A stretch of DNA of 64,000 nucleotides from Chlorokybus atmophyticus (Eukaryota > Plantae > Mesostigma and Chlorokybus algae). The position numbers and the translations under genes were made by a program. Shown in pieces: positions 63,196 to 64,000 of the stretch. Where the stretch lies: NCBI GenBank assembly GCA_009103225.1, contig RHPI01003156.1:802159-866158 (forward strand), read 5' to 3'. Positions within the stretch are counted from its first letter, which is position 1; each line of letters starts with the position of its first letter. Below the pieces are notes generated by a model. That model saw only the letters and a list, made by a program, of their open reading frames with translations. It was not told the DNA's origin and searched no databases.

Positions 63196-64000
63196 CTACA
63201 CCAGCGTCACACCGGCGGCAGCGCAATACTTGGCAAGCTTGGCCTGATCTGGCGAGGGCAGCGTTTGAATGACGGGGGCAAAACGCCCTCTATGTGCAGA
63301 GGTTAAGCGCCCAAGAGCAGCCGCCAGGAACTGCCGCGCGTCTTTCACGTTCTGCGCCGGGTCCTGTTCCGGCTTGTGAGCATGATGCAACTGAGCATAT
63401 ACAGCAGCATAGCCAGGCGTCTCGAATGCATCTTCGTCAGCATCATACTCTGCCTCAGCGGCCTCAACTGCCTCAGAGGGCTCTTCACACAGAGCGACAG
63501 CTGTATGCAAGAGCTTTGCCCAAAGTGGAAGCGCCGCATCAGCCTGCATGACACAGTGAGCGATGAGCATGCATACTTGTATGATTGTTCTGTCTCACAT
63601 TAGTCACACCCAAGTCAAAGTGACACAACAAAAGGCAAATACGAACCTGCAGAGTACTGCAATCTGCGAGCGTTCTTGAAAGCGCAACAACCAGCAGTTT
63701 TCGTTCCATCCGGCCGGCGATGGTGGCAGCAGCAGGAACCCATACAGCTTCCAACAACATGCCAAATACCCCTCTCTGCACGGATTCAATGCTCTCAGCC
63801 ACGACGACAGGCCCATGAACTGATATAAACAGTGCCAGAAATACTGCCAGGCCTCGGACATATTTGGGCGTCTTGATGGTCTGCAACAAGTGGTGACTCA
63901 GTACGGTGTTATTCAACGATGCACGACGCACAACGGCGTGTGATATACACCATAAGGTGGTAGTGCATGTTAGAATGCGCCAGATGCGGGTGTGCAGATA
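63196..64000 (-). CDS. CSE1: Exportin-2 / CAS (importin-alpha re-exporter), last two exons (about 63880-63647 and 63543-63196)
   Basis: TIKTPKYVRGLAVFLALF...GVFGMLLEAVWVP...GRMERKLL and GYAAVYAQLHHAHKPEQDP...GRFAPVIQTL...YCAAAGVTLV*. The gene continues beyond the window. Confidence 0.9.

Overview
Eukaryotic nuclear DNA from a green-lineage alga (short GT-AG introns, plastid-targeted genes, plant-type H1, telobox, tRNA-iMet PBS); chlorophyte versus streptophyte cannot be decided from this window. Host genes: histone H1 (15003-16130 +), MOC1-type plastid Holliday-junction resolvase (about 17387-19504 -), VOC/glyoxalase protein (53284-54488 +), EamA/DMT transporter (56061-58958 +) and the 3' end of exportin-2/CSE1 (63196-64000 -). 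Most of the rest is decayed, nested transposons: a MULE, two pogo-like elements, two solo LTRs, two copies of one Ty3/Gypsy family, an RLE-type non-LTR fragment and two large, divergent Helitron-like elements. The main observation is that both Helitrons share a three-gene layout. RepHel (+) is followed by a gene of unknown domain plus GIY-YIG nuclease (+), then by a convergent multi-exon cargo gene (-). The two cargo genes have homologous N-terminal zinc-finger-like modules but different effectors: a KDM3/IBM1-like JmjC H3K9 demethylase in element 1 and a RING finger in element 2. Each element's non-coding DNA is filled with its own short-motif arrays, which suggests a transposon-encoded, possibly sequence-targeted anti-silencing system (inference). 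All exon structures and family assignments were made by eye from motifs, with no database searches. The assembly has N gaps (7924-8888, 34808-34972, plus short gaps at 4323, 10538, 13971-13973, 17311, 47494), so some repeats may be artefacts.
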